A stretch of 64,000 bases of DNA from an uncultured Planctomycetota bacterium (GCA_963823665.1 CAWGMQ010000008.1:544001-608000); one strand, 5' to 3'; counted from the first letter of the stretch, positions 50,292 through 62,708 are shown. Notes: generated from the sequence alone by a model not told the origin. Numbers and translations are program-made.

Positions 50292-53200
50292 GACTGGAGG
50301 AAGCGATCGCGCTCGAGGATGCACACGCCGCGAGCCAGGATGACGAGCTCTCGCGAGTGCTGGCCGATTATCTGGCCGAGGTCGAGGCCGGGCGGGCGGT
50401 CGATCCTCTTGAATTGATCGAGAAGCACCCAGCGATTGCCGACCGTCTGCGCACTTGCTTGAAGGGTCTGCACATGGTCGAGGAGTTCGCCTGCTCGATC
50501 GGAGCCGGCTCACCGGCCCGGGACGCCTCCGCCCTCGACGGCCCGACACTCGGTGATTTCCGGATCGTGCGCACGCTCGGCCGGGGCGGAATGGGCGTCG
50601 TGTACGAGGCCGTGCAGCGATCACTCGAGCGCCGGGTGGCTCTCAAGGTGCTTCCGTTCGGCGCGGCGATTGATCCCCGCCGGCTCGCTCGGTTCCGCGT
50701 CGAGTCGCACGCCGCCGCGCAGCTCAACCATCCTCACATCATCTCGGTGTACTCGGTCGGCTCGGAAGCCGGGGTGCACTATTATGCGATGCAGTTGATC
50801 GACGGTCCCACGCTCGCCGAGCTGATCGCCGACCTGCGCCGACTCAAGGAACTCGATCTCCTCTTCGGCGCCGGCATCCGCCACCGGAGACAAGGACACG
50901 TCGTCGATTGCCTCGACGATCTCTTCGGGCTCGACGGCGTTCTTCCGCGAGTCGGCCCGCCTGGGCATGGAGGCGGCGCTGGCGCTGGACCATGCCCATG
51001 AGAACGGCGTGCTTCATCGGGACATCAAGCCGTCGAATCTGATGATCGACGGTGCCGGCCATCTCTGGGTGGCCGATTTCGGGCTCGCCCGGTTTCAGTC
51101 CGACTCGAGCCTCACCGTCTCCGGCGACGTCCTCGGCACGTTGCGCTACATGAGCCCCGAGCAAGCGCTCGCCAATCGCAGCGTCGTCGACCAGCGCACC
51201 GACGTGTATTCTCTGGGTGCGACGCTGTACGAGCTGATCACGCTGCACCCTCCATTCGAAGGGTCGAACCGGCAGGACCTGCTCCGGAAAATCGCCCAGG
51301 ACGAGCCGCGGCGGCCGCGCGGCTCTGAGAACGGATATCCCTCTCGACCTCGAAACGATTGTCTTGAAGGCCATCGCCAAGGAGCCTTCGAGCCGTTATG
51401 CGAGCGCGGGCGAAATGGCCGAGGATCTGAAACGGTTCCTCGACGACCAGCCGATTCGCGCCCGGCGGCCACGTGTGCTCGAGCACGTGACCCGTCTGGT
51501 TCGCAAGCACATGGCGATCGTGCATGGCCGTCGTGCCCCTCTTGCTGTTGATTGTGGCCGGCTTGTCGGTCGGCATCGTGCTGGTTCTGGCCGAACAATC
51601 GCAGATACTCAAGCAGCAGGACGAGATCCGCAACAAGAAGGTCGAGGCCGAAGCCCTTCAGGCGAAAGCGCGACGGCAACGCGACGTCGCCCGGCGCGCC
51701 GTCGACGAGATGTACACGCTGGTCGCACAGGACTGGCTCTCCAGGTCCACGAACTTACAGCCGCTTCAGCGTGACTTCCTGCAGAAGGCGCTCGAATACT
51801 ACGAGGAGTTCGCGAGCGAGAAGGACGTCGAGCCGGAGTTTCGCGTACGCGGCCGGATGGGCTTTTTATCGACTGGGCGACGTGCAGCGACGACTGGGAA
51901 AACTGGCGGAAGGGGAGCGAGGCTACCGGCAGGCGATCGAGGCTCTCGAAGCGCTCGGCGACGCGGATCCGCCGAACCCGGAGCGACTCGAGCGCGCTCT
52001 GCCGGCAGCCTATTGCGGTCTGGGAGAGCTTCTCGATGAAACCGGCCGCATCGAGGAATCGAAGAAAGCACTGGCGCGCGCCATCGAGCTGCGGCAAAGA
52101 CTGATCGCTGGCACGCCCGACACACCGGCGAACAAGTCGCTGCTGGCTGCGCGGTATGAGCAGCTCGGCGCATCACTCGGGCGCAATGGCCAGCTCAAGG
52201 AAGCCGGGGCGGCTTTCCAGAAGGCGATTGCACTGGCGGGCGCGGGCGACTCGTCGGCTGCGATCACTCAGGCTGAGATCGATTTCGAACCTGGCGATCA
52301 CGGTCCAGAAGCAAGGCAACACTGCCGAGGCGGAGGGCCTTTTCCGCCAGGCGGTGACGCAGTACGAACGCCTGGCCAGGGAAGTGCCGGGCGTGTCGCT
52401 CTACAAAGAGCGGCTCGCCGAGGCGCTGCTGAATCTAGGTCAGTCGCTCTCGATGAATTCAAAAGAAGTGGAGGCGATCTTCCGCCGTGCGCAAGACGTT
52501 TACCGTGAGCTTGCCGCGGGTACGCCCGAGGTGGCCGCCCATCGCAGGAACCTGGCGACGACGTTCTTGAACCTTAGCCTCCTTGTTCGTCAGCGTAGGA
52601 CGAGTGCGCGAAGGGGAGCTTGCCGCGGTGCAGGCCAAGGCACTGCTCGAGACCCTCGTCGCCGAATCGCCGACCGTCATGCTCAACCAGGAGTTGCTGG
52701 TCAAGGCAGTCGTGTGGCTGGCGAAGATTCGCACGCAAACCGGCGAGACGATCGCGGCATTGGCGGACGCCAAGCTCGCTCGTGACATGTACGAGAAGCT
52801 TGATCCGCAGCGTGTCGACCTGGCATGGGACCGCGGGCTGGAATCTTGCCGAGCCTGGCTTATCTTCAGGAGCTTTCCGCGAAACTTCACGGACGCCGAC
52901 AGGTCCTGGCGCAAGCCGCTGATGTGTTCGAATCGCTGGTCGCGAAGGCACCGAAGAGGCTCGATCTTCGCGCCGATCTGGCCTTCAACGTGATGCAGCG
53001 CGGCATGTCGTCGCGCCGGCTAGGAAGAAACGGGCATGCCGAGCGCGACCTGCGGCGCGCCGTCGAGCTCCTCCAGAGCGTGCTCACCGAAGGCCCGGAG
53101 CGATCGGCCGATCGGTTTCGCCTGGCCCAGGCCGCGCATCACTTCGGGGCATTTTCTGTTCGAGAACCAGCGAACGCAGCGAAGCCGAGACCTCTAGCTA

Positions 53201-54409
53201 CCTCGCGTTTCACGCCTACGAGCGACTTTTCCTGGATTCTTATCGACCGGATGAGATGGTCAGGGCGTGTGCGGATTGCCTGAGCAACGTGGCCATCAGC
53301 CAGCTCGGACTGGGTCGATTCGACGACGCCATCCATTCGTACCGCGAATCGCTCAGGCTATTCGACTCGCTGCCGCCCAGGCTCGCTTTCGAGCGGAGCA
53401 TCCGCGAAAATCGTGCGAAAGTGCTCGACAACCTGGGAAAGGCGCTCATGCTCAAAGGGAATTTCGCCGAGGCCGAGCCTCGCATCCGCCAGGGGTTCTC
53501 GATTCGCGAGTCGCTCCTGGCCGATGCGTCAGGCAACGCCAGCTTTCAGGATGGGCTCGGGCTCTGCTCGACCCACCTGGGCCAGATCCTCGAACGCCGC
53601 GGAGAGACCGCGGGAGCCCGGCGACTGCTCAAACAAGGTGTCGACCTCGAGCGACAAGCTCTGAGCACCGACCCGCGGTTCGCACTCGCTCGCGGTCATC
53701 TGCGCGGAGCCCAGAAGAGCCTCGCGTTTTTTCTGATCGATCAGGGTGACTACGTCGATGCCGCCGCCGTGAGCGAGGACCTGTGGCGAGATGCTGCCGC
53801 GGAGGATCTCGCCGAAGTGCTCACATACGTCAGCTCGTTCCTGGGAGAATGTGCCTTTCTGGCGGCGAATGAGGAGAAGCTGCCGTCAGAAAAACGTCAA
53901 GCCACCGCTTTGCCGTATGCCAAACGGGCGCTGGAAGCGTTCGAGACGGGCCGCCCAAGACAAGACCGCAACCGGCCCGATCGTCAATCTTTCGTGGTTC
54001 CGTCTGGCTTGCCCTGTCGACGCGCTTGCGCGACGTGCGCGAGGCACTGCGCCTGGCTCAAGAACTGACGACCAAGGCACCGGCGCGGGTCGATTCGTGG
54101 AGCATTCTGGGTGCGGCGCTTTATTACAACGGCGAGCAGAAGGCCGCTCTCGATGCGTTTGACAAGGCGCGGAGCCTCGATCCGGGCAAATTCGGGGCCT
54201 GGGACTTCTGCGCGGCGATGGTCCATCTCAAGCTGGGTGAGAAGGCGGAAGCGCAGGCGTGCTACGACCGCGCGGTGAGGTGGATGAAACAGAACCCGCA
54301 TTCGAAGATGCACGAGCGGCTTCAGGCCGAGGCGGGAAGGCTCTCAATGTACGCGATCCGGCGAATCCTTCTCGCTCGGGGCCAGCACTTACACGCGCGC
54401 GTGCGCTGA
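50288..54409 (+). CDS. Membrane Ser/Thr kinase with many TPR repeats, broken by multiple frameshifts
   Basis: LGRGGMGVVY, HRDIKPSN, DFGLAR, GTLRYMSPE, TM helix and TPR motifs spread over successive frames. Confidence 0.8.
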
Positions 54410-54534
54410 ATTGATTGCTCAGCTCGAGCCTCACCGTCGTTGACTCGCGAGGAAAATCGAACGAGATGGACCAGGCGCGTGGTTCAACACCGCTCGTGGT
54501 GGTGGTACATTCGAGGTCAAGGAGGAACACATCG

Positions 54535-55914
54535 ATGAACCAAGAGAGCACTCTATCGTCTCGGCGTGAGTTTTTGCGTCAAACGCTTCCGGTGGCCGCG
54601 GCGGCTTCGGCCTTCCCGTTTCCCACGCTGGTTCCCGGCAGTGCGCTGGGTTTATCCGGCGCTCCATCGCGCCGAGTAAGCGCGTGACCGTGGCGATGAT
54701 CGGCACGGGCAACCAGGGCTTCAACGATCTCAATTCGTTTCTGCGCGATGAGCGGGTGCAGATTGTCGCCGTCTGCGACGTGAACCGCGAAAGCAAAGGA
54801 TACTGGGAGGGCAAGGTCGGAGGCCGCGAGCCTGCCCGCCAGCTGGTTGAAGACTATTACGGCAAGCACCGCCGTGACGGCACGTTCAAGGGTTGCAGCA
54901 CCTCGGGCGATTTCCGGGAAATCCTCGGCCGCAAGGACATCGACGCCGTCGAAATCTGCACGCCGGACCACTGGCATGCGATCATGGTCGAGCAAGCCTG
55001 CAAGGCCGGGAAGGATATCTACTGCCAGAAGCCGCTGTCGCTCACGATCGCGCGAGGGGCAGGGCGATGTCGGCGGCGGTGAGCCGGTCGCACGTCGTGT
55101 TTCAAACGGGCAGCCAGCAGCGATCGGACGCGAAGTTTCGCCGCGCCTGCGAGCTGGTGCGGAACGGGCGGATCGGCGATTTGAAGAAGGTGCGTGTCGG
55201 CATGCCCGGCGGTCGCACCGACTACGCCAAGACCGGCGATCACAAGAAACCGGAGCCAGTGCCGGAAGGGTTCGACTACAACTTCTGGCTCGGCCCCGCG
55301 CCCGAGGCGGCTTATGCCCCGGCGCGGTGCCACGTCAACTTTCGCTGGATCTACGACTACTCGGGCGGGAACGTCACGGACTGGGGCGGCCACCACCCTG
55401 ACTGCGCCAGTGGGGCATGGGTACGGAGATGACCGGCCCGGTTCAGATCCGCGGCGCCAAAGCCGAGTTTGCTCCCGACCCGCTCTGGAACACTGCCACG
55501 GAGTATTACTTCGAAGCCGTGTTCGAGAACGGCATCCCCATGATCATTTCGAACAAGGAAAAAATGGGTGTCACGTTCGAGGGGACAGAAGGCAAGATCT
55601 ACGTCGATCGCGGCAAGCTCGAGGCAGACCCCGCGGCGGTCCTCGACTCCAAGATCGGCCCGGAAGGCATTCACCTCTACAAGAGCGACGACCACTTCCG
55701 CAACTTCATCGATTGCGTGAAATCACGCGGCCCCACCGCGGCGCCGGTGGAGGTCGCCCATCGCTCGATCACGATCTGCCATCTGGGCAACATCGCCATG
55801 CGGCTGAAGCGTGAAAAACTGCGGTGGGACCCACGCACGGAGCAGATCGTCGGCGATGACGAGGCGTCGAAGATGCTCACCCGAGCCTACCGTTCTCCAT
55901 GGACGCTTGCTTGA
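54535..55914 (+). CDS. Tat-exported Gfo/Idh/MocA family oxidoreductase (three frameshifts)
   Basis: SD AAGGAGG; SRREFL Tat motif; IGTGNQG, TPDHWH, YCQKP, QTGSQQRS, DWGGHH. Confidence 0.88.
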
Positions 55915-56057
55915 TTCGACCGAGACAAATCTTAAAACATTCCGGCGCAACCAACGAAAACTTTAGTGGAACCCCGCGCGCGGCTTCGTGGATCGGGTGC
56001 TTGGCGGACCTTTCGCGCGAGGCGCGAGGGCAATTGTTGACTGGGTTTGCGTCAATT

Positions 56058-56079
56058 GTCAGGCTAAAGCCTGACCTAC
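56058..56079 (-). repeat. GTAG-type REP palindrome
   Basis: Minus strand reads GTAG-GTCAGGCT-TT-AGCCTGAC. Confidence 0.75.
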
Positions 56080-56216
56080 TTTTGCGCTCTGGCTCCGTCG
56101 TCTGGGTGGGTGGGTTGGAACTTTCTCACCCACTGGGCCGTCCGTTAGTTAGAATGTGAGGTTGGCCAGGCGAGTGATCGCTTCCGGTTTTCATCGTTCT
56201 ACAGGAGATTCTCGTG

Positions 56217-56600
56217 ATGAAGATGCATCAAAAGATAGCCGCGGTTCTGGTTTCCTCGCTGGGATTGGCTGCGTGGGGCTGCAGCGGCGACGACGTGGAG
56301 TCAGGGGTCGACAAAGCTGGCAGTGGAATTCAGAGCGCCGGTAAGGGGATCGAAAAGGCCGGAGAGAAGATCAAAGAAAAGGCCCACGACATGGGGGAGG
56401 GCTTCGACAAGGGTATTCAAAAGGCGAAGGACCTCGAGGAGAAAGGCGTCCAGAAGTTCAAGGACGCCGGAAAGGCGACCATGGAGGGAATGAAGAACGT
56501 CAAGGACAAGGTTGTAGAGGAAGGCAAGGAACTCAAGGACAAGGCCGCGAAGGCCCTCGACAAGGACAAGGACAAGGATATGCCGGACAAGAAGGACTGA
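56217..56600 (+). CDS. Lys/Asp/Glu-rich helical-repeat lipoprotein (LEA-like)
   Basis: SD AGGAG; hydrophobic leader with lipobox-like AWGC; roughly 11-mer repeats (GIEKAGEKIKE). Confidence 0.75.
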   Translation: MKMHQKIAAVLVSSLGLAAWGCSGDDVESGVDKAGSGIQSAGKGIEKAGEKIKEKAHDMGEGFDKGIQKAKDLEEKGVQKFKDAGKATMEGMKNVKDKVVEEGKELKDKAAKALDKDKDKDMPDKKD

Positions 56601-56770
56601 GCGGCAGGTCAGATCGCGTGCGAACTCCCGGCCCGTGCGTCTGGCATGGGCCGAGGGTCGACCCGTGAGTGTGGTGGTCGCCAGCGCGGACCTGTCACGG
56701 CGACCTTGACGGAAGAGCATGCGGGGCTCGAAGATGCTGTATGGATAATCCCAAGGCGCGGAGAGGGATG

Positions 56771-58035
56771 ATGGCTCGGGCCGCAGCAGGGACTGGGCAC
56801 GAACTCTGCTGTCCGGCTTGTGCGGCCGAATGGAATGGTCACGCGCCGGCGCAACTCCACTCGCCGCTCTTCGACTGGATCGCTGCCCGCACTGTGGCGA
56901 GCCGCTGGAACGATCCGGCGGCGCGCGCGGTTCTTCAAATCGCCAGGCGACATCGGTGCAGCACCGGTCGGCGCCGATGGGCGCGCTGGGCCTCGTCTGG
57001 CGCAACTGGATTCTTCGAACGCTCGAGGCCGCCTACTGGATCGGCACGTTCGTCGGATCGGTGGTCATGCTTGTTCTTGGCGGGTTCGTTCCGGTCGGGC
57101 GGGGCTGGCTGCGCAACGAGATCAGCGGCTGGTCTGACGTGGTGGGGGCCCTGGGTGGAGTGTGGTTCCGGGTTGTCACGCAAGATCCCGACAGCGACCT
57201 GGGGCCGGTGGTGGCGCGGGTGGACGCTCCGCTCTTATTTTCGACAATCGACACGGTTGGCCGGCGGCTTGGCGTGAAACCACCCGGGCAGGTGCGGTTG
57301 ACTTATCTTCCCTGCTGCGGCGTGGTGGCCTGGGGCCGTTCGCGTGCGCTTCTGATTGGTTTGCCGCTGTTTCGCGTGCTCACCCAGGGTGAGCTTCGCG
57401 CGATCGTGGCGCACGAGCTAGCTCATCTGGCCCGCGGCGACGCGACCCGGGCGGCTCGTTCGGCACGCTTTGTCGAGAGCCTGGAACGCGCGGTCGGACA
57501 TGATGCGGGCCGCGTCTGGGGGCCGCTGGGGGCCTGGGCGCGGTTCTGCCTGGCCGAGGCTTCGTGGCTGATCGAGCCGGTCTCGCGCGGGCAGGAAGCG
57601 CGAGCTGACCGTTGCTCCGCCGCCATCGCCGGCGGAGGGGCCGCCTCGTCCGCCCTGGTCAAGGTTGCAGTTGTGCAGCCGCTGTTCCGCGAAGTGTTGA
57701 GCGCGTATGACCCGAACGGGCTCGGCACGCCCAACCTCTACGCGTTCTTCCGGAGCTTCTGGTACCGGTTACCAGCGGATTTTCATTCGTCGATGCGGAT
57801 GAACATTCTGGCCGGCTCCGACGACGAGACCTCCGATCCCACGCATCCACCCCTTCCCGATCGCGTGGCGAAATTGCAGTCGTATCCCGATCGGCCGGGG
57901 TCGAACGGCGATGCACTCCCCGCCACCACGTTCCTGGGCGACCTGGAAGTCTTCGAGGAAATGCTGCACAACCGACTTTTCAGCGTTACGCTGCCTGTGA
58001 TCGAGCCTACCGTGTTTCACAAAAACGTATCCTGA
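56771..58035 (+). CDS. M48-family zinc metallopeptidase with N-terminal zinc ribbon (frameshift near 56850)
   Basis: HELAH, EARAD and THPPL motifs; CPAC and CPHC pairs at the N-terminus; TM segment. Confidence 0.8.
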
Positions 58036-58105
58036 ACGCGCCTGGGTCGACCCGGCTACGTGCGATCGGAACATTGGCTATAATGCACTCGACGGAGTCA
58101 CCGCC

Positions 58106-58858
58106 ATGCCGATCCACGATTGGTCTCGTGTGCCCGCCGGGCTATTTCACCACTTCCACCAGGACTGGTCGATTGAAATCGCGCGTATGCTCAATCGCGG
58201 GCGATTGCCGAAGGGCCTCTCTGCACTCGTTGAACAGCGGTCTGGCCCACTCGAGTCGGACGTCCTGGCGATCGAGTTCGGCTCGAAAAAGAAACTTGAC
58301 GACGGGCTTGAGGGCGGAGTGGCGACGGAGGTGCCTCCGGTCACAAGGATCATCAGGCGAAGCTCGAACCACGTCTATGCGAGCCGGGCCAACCGGGTCG
58401 TCGTCAAACACCATTTGGGTCGAATCGTTGCGGTGATCGAAATCGTCTCGCCGGGAAACAAGGACAGTCGGGCAGCCATTCGGGATTTCGTCGAGAAGAC
58501 GGTCGACTTCTTACGCAAAGGCGTGCATGTCCTGGACATTGATCTGTTTCCTCCGACTCCACGCGATCCATACGGCATTCACAAGGCCATCTGGGACGAA
58601 ATTGTCGAGGAAGACTTCACGTTTCCGGACGGTAAGGATCGAATTCTGGTCTCGTACCAGACCGGCCGAGAGCGAGCCGCCTACATCGAACCAATCGGCG
58701 TGGGTGACACTCTACCGGATATGCCGCTTTTCCTGACAACCGACCTGCACATCGTGGTCCCGCTCGAGCCAACTTACCAAACGACGTGGCTCGCGAGCCC
58801 GGCCGATTTCCGCGACGCTGTCGAAACGGGGGTCGTCCCCGACCCGGATGCGGAATGA
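58106..58858 (+). CDS. DUF4058 family protein (restriction-endonuclease-like fold)
   Basis: MPIHDWSRV.AG.FH.FHQ.W start; VIEIVSPGNK, GVH...IDL and LPDMPLFL signatures. Confidence 0.85.
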   Translation: MPIHDWSRVPAGLFHHFHQDWSIEIARMLNRGRLPKGLSALVEQRSGPLESDVLAIEFGSKKKLDDGLEGGVATEVPPVTRIIRRSSNHVYASRANRVVVKHHLGRIVAVIEIVSPGNKDSRAAIRDFVEKTVDFLRKGVHVLDIDLFPPTPRDPYGIHKAIWDEIVEEDFTFPDGKDRILVSYQTGRERAAYIEPIGVGDTLPDMPLFLTTDLHIVVPLEPTYQTTWLASPADFRDAVETGVVPDPDAE

Positions 58859-58879
58859 GTGGACCAGGTGCCGTCGCGA

Positions 58880-59774
58880 TCAAGGCTTAGCGGGTGCCGG
58901 CTTCAAATATCGATCCAAGAACTCGAACGTCTCGTTCTTGGTTCGGTCCAGCTCCGGGCCGCCCCAGCCGTGCTGGGCTCCGATCAGGAGCTCGACGCGG
59001 CCCGGGATGCCGGCCGCGTTCATCGCATCGGCGAGCTTGATCGCCTGGGTGTAGGGGACGAGCGGGTCGTTGGTGCCCTGGAACGTGAGCATCGGTGCGT
59101 CGTCCTTCGATATGAACGTGATCGGCGAAGCCTTGCGCGGCTTCCAGGGGTTTGTCTTCGGGCGATCCGCCCAAGAAGTCTTTGACGAGCGGCTTCGAGA
59201 TGGCCGGAATGTCTCGCGCCGCCAGATCGGTCGGTCCGAAGTAGTTCACGACGGCCTTGACGCGGCTGTCGGGCGCACCGGCGGGGGCATCCCCTTCAAG
59301 ATTGGCGTTCGGGCCCGTCACGCCGAGCATGAGCGCCAGATGGCCGCCGGCCGAGAAACCGATTGCCCCGATCCGGTCCGGGTCGACCTGAAATTTCTTG
59401 GCATTGGTCTTGATGAAGCGCACCGCGGCCTTGACATCGTGGACCTGCGCGGGAAATGCATTCTTGGGGCAGAACCGATACTGCGGAGAGACCGCAACGT
59501 AACCGTGCTTGGTGAATTCGGCCATGATCGGCCGAACGTCGGCCTTGTTCCCCGCGCGCCAGGCTCCGCCGTGAATGACGAACACGGCAGGGAACGTGCC
59601 CTCTTTCGCGGCTGGCCGGGCGATGTCGAGCTTGAGCTCGTCCGTTCCTACCTTCGAGTAAACGATGTCCTGCTCGCTCAGGGCCTTGGCGGGCTCATCG
59701 GCAGGGCACATGAGCGGCGAAGAGAAGAGGAACGTGAAAGCCAGACTCGTTCGGAACACCCATCGAGAGGTCAT
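58880..59774 (-). CDS. Secreted alpha/beta-hydrolase (esterase/lipase; frameshift near 59130)
   Basis: HGGAW, GFSAGG nucleophile, QGTNDPLVP, AQHGW. Confidence 0.9.
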
Positions 59775-59947
59775 GTGAGCGACTCCTGATTCGATCGACA
59801 ACTTGACGCGGCGGTTCGCGAGAAATCGCTATCATAGCGGCTGAGCGGGCCGGATGCGCGCGGCCAAGTGGCCATGACGGCGCTTTCCATCGGCGGCGCG
59901 ACTGGGTAGACTGGCCTGTGACACTTGTGAGAGCGAGGATCTCCGCC

Positions 59948-61462
59948 ATGGCCCAGCTTGCCGCACCGGCTCGATCGATTGGCCGCCGGATCCGTAATCA
60001 CTGGCGCGGAATTGCCGTGGGCTCGGCGCTTGTGCTGGTTTTTGGGGTGATCACGCTATCAACGCTTCTCAATGAGATCCAGCAGGCCGATCGTAGATAT
60101 GCCGCAGCCGCCGCGGAGGCCGATCGGCTCGACCCCCGCTGGCGACTTGACGATATCCTGGCGGCTCGAGAGAAGGTTGCCGACTCGGAGAACTCGGTGC
60201 TCAAGGTGCGGGAAATCGCCGGCAAGCTTCCGGGTGGATGGCCTGGAATCAAGCACTACGACCAGTCGTTCTCAGTCGAGGGGGAAACGCCCGAGGTGCG
60301 CCTGAGCCAGGAGCGGATCGAGCAGCTCCAGAGCGTGTTCGAGGCGGCGGAGGACGTGGTTGCAGAGGCCCGGCTGCTCTCGGATTACCCCCGCGGGCAG
60401 CTCGACGGAGTGCGCCCCAAGGCCGAGCGGCTGGAGCAGGTCGGTGGATTGAACGTCGCTCGTCGACGTGAATTTTCCGTACGGTGAAGACGTTCACCGG
60501 GTTGTGTTCCTGCTGTGGGTCGACGCCAAGCTTCGTATCGAGACGGGCGATCTGGAGACGGCGATTCTCGACTTTCGAGCAATGGTGAATGCCGGCCGCT
60601 CGATCGGCGATTATCCCGGGGTTTCCGCCCAGATGTCGCGCGCCGGGGGGTTCTGGAAGGTGATTCCCTGTCTTGAGACGGCGCTGTGCAGGGGCAGGCG
60701 GCGGGCACGTCGCTGGCGGCTCTCCAGGCACTCATGGAGGACGAAGCGCAAAAGCCTTCGAGGATGATCGCCATCCGCGGCGAGAGAGCCATCATCGATG
60801 ACTTGTTCCAGCAAATCAACGCGGGCAAGCTGGGCCGCTCGGCCATTCCCAGCTATTCCGACTACCCGTTCTGGGTGAAAGCGATCAGCAGCGGCGCCAA
60901 CATTCGGGAGAATCAGGCGAATCTGCTGCACTTACACACTCGCCAGGTGGAGGCCGCTCGCTTGCCTGAAACGGAGCAAATCGAAGCCATGAAGGCGCGG
61001 AACGACGAATGGGTCGCGCAAGCGAGAGAATGGGGCTTTCTGGAGCGGGAGCGTCGCCTGACGGAAAGGTTGCTCTTCGGGCGAGCTGGTGGTGCGCCAA
61101 CGTGGCTGGGAATGGGCGATGCTCAGCTTCGCACGGCGATCGCTGCGCTGGCCGCAGAGCGGTACCGCATTGATCACGGACGATGGCCGGAATCGCTCGA
61201 GGAGCTTGTCCCGAAGTACGTTCTTCAAGTACCCCGTGACCCGTTCACGAAAGGCCCGCTCAAGCTGCTCAAGCTGCCGGATGGGCTCTTCATCTATTCG
61301 GTTGGATATGACGGTAAGGACGATGGCGGCAAGATCAACCCCAAGATGCGGACCCGCGATGGCGCGGACACGGGGTTTCGCTTATGGGACGTCAAGCGGC
61401 GGCGGCAGGCTGCGGGGACGGGTGCTGCGGGCAAGTCTGGGCCGATGAGAAGCGGGCCTTAA
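59948..61462 (+). CDS. Hypothetical membrane-anchored planctomycete protein with GspG-like C-terminal motif (two frameshifts)
   Basis: N-terminal TM helix; C-terminal LAAERYR..HGRWP.SL.ELVP.Y...VP.DPF...IYSVG.DG.DDGG. Confidence 0.7.
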
Positions 61463-61536
61463 TGACGAGCTTCGCGGTGAGGGCTTCGGCGTTTTTTGTT
61501 GCGCGACCGCTTTGTGGCAGCGGCGACCGGCATGCA

Positions 61537-61698
61537 CCCCCCCTGGCCCCCCCTTCTAAAGGGGGGGAAAGGGAGGGGCGGGGTTTACGCTGGAGAATGG
61601 TGCTTCGGTCGGATCACTGGCGGGTGGCGCCGCTTACCCCCCCATTCCCCCCGTCCAAAAGGGGGGAAAGGGAGGGGCGGGGTTTACGCTGGAGAAAT
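61537..61698. repeat. Two copies (about 100-bp period) of a C-tract/G-tract palindromic repeat
   Basis: C7..C6-7..AAAG6-7AAAGGGAGGGGCGGGGTTTACGCTGGAGAA begins at 61537 and 61637, between convergent genes. Confidence 0.85.
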
Positions 61699-61700
61699 GC

Positions 61701-62708
61701 TCAGAACCAGAGTGTCTTGTCGACCACGTTCAGGAGCGGCTCGCCGCGCGCGAAGCGTCGCACGTTTTCCACCAGTGCCGCGAGGTGCCTGGCGGCGATC
61801 ACGGTCGAATAACCGGCGGTATGAGGTGTCAAAATCACGTTTGGGAATTCCCACAGGGGGTGCTGCGGCGGCAGGGGCTCGATCTGGTAGACGTCGAGCG
61901 CGGCTCCGGCGAGCTTACCGGCTTTGAGCGCGGCGACCAGATCATCGAGCACGACGATCGCCCCGCGGCCGATGTTGATCAAGTAGCTGCTCGGGCGAAG
62001 ATGAGCGAGCGTCTTGGCGTTGAACCATCCCTCTGTCTCGGGGGTGTGCGGCGCGGCGATCACGGCGAAGTCGCTCCACCGCAGCAGCTCGGCCAGGCCG
62101 TCAACTCCCGCGACCGATTGAACGCCTTCCGGAGGCTTCACGCGCTCGGGAAATCGATCGACGCCGCGGACTGATATTCCAAATGCCATTGCTCGGCGGG
62201 CGATGTCGCAGCCGATTCCGCCCATACCGATGATCCCGAGCGTGGACTCGGGAAGATAGATCGTGGCGCGATCCATGTCGTTGACGACTCCCGGACCGGT
62301 TTGATTGCTGACGCGCGCCGACTCGCCCCCCAGCGGCTCATACCGGTGCTCGACCTGGCGGCGGATGTAGGTGTGCAAGTTGCGCGCGAAGCAGAGCACG
62401 TAGCCCATCACCTGGTCGGCGATCACGTCGCCGAAGAGACCGCGCACGTTGGTGAGCACGCACGGATGCGTCACCAGGTCTGGAAACATGTAGTGCTCGA
62501 GGCTGGCGGTGAAGGACTGGACCCAACGGAGACGGTCGGCGGCCTTCAGCATTGCCGGCGTGATCTTTCCCACGAACGCGTCGGCGCCTGGCATCGCGGC
62601 TTCGGCTTCGGCGGCGGTCGCGGCGTTGACGATTGAAGCACCTCCCGAGGCTGTCTGGAGAGCGTGGAGCCGATCCGCCTCGACCGCCGGATGGATTACT
62701 AGCTTCAT
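61701..62708 (-). CDS. D-2-hydroxyacid dehydrogenase family protein
   Basis: GIIGMGGIG, PHTPET, INIGRG, AALDV..EP, LTPHTAG. Confidence 0.93.
   Translation of the reverse strand: MKLVIHPAVEADRLHALQTASGGASIVNAATAAEAEAAMPGADAFVGKITPAMLKAADRLRWVQSFTASLEHYMFPDLVTHPCVLTNVRGLFGDVIADQVMGYVLCFARNLHTYIRRQVEHRYEPLGGESARVSNQTGPGVVNDMDRATIYLPESTLGIIGMGGIGCDIARRAMAFGISVRGVDRFPERVKPPEGVQSVAGVDGLAELLRWSDFAVIAAPHTPETEGWFNAKTLAHLRPSSYLINIGRGAIVVLDDLVAALKAGKLAGAALDVYQIEPLPPQHPLWEFPNVILTPHTAGYSTVIAARHLAALVENVRRFARGEPLLNVVDKTLWF

Noticed and set aside
61120..61335. Type II secretion pseudopilin gspG
   Set aside because: Only the C-terminal motif is similar; there is no prepilin cleavage motif and no T2SS genes nearby.
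61465..61500. Intrinsic terminator before the T-tract
   Set aside because: The T-tract is present but I could not build a convincing stem.
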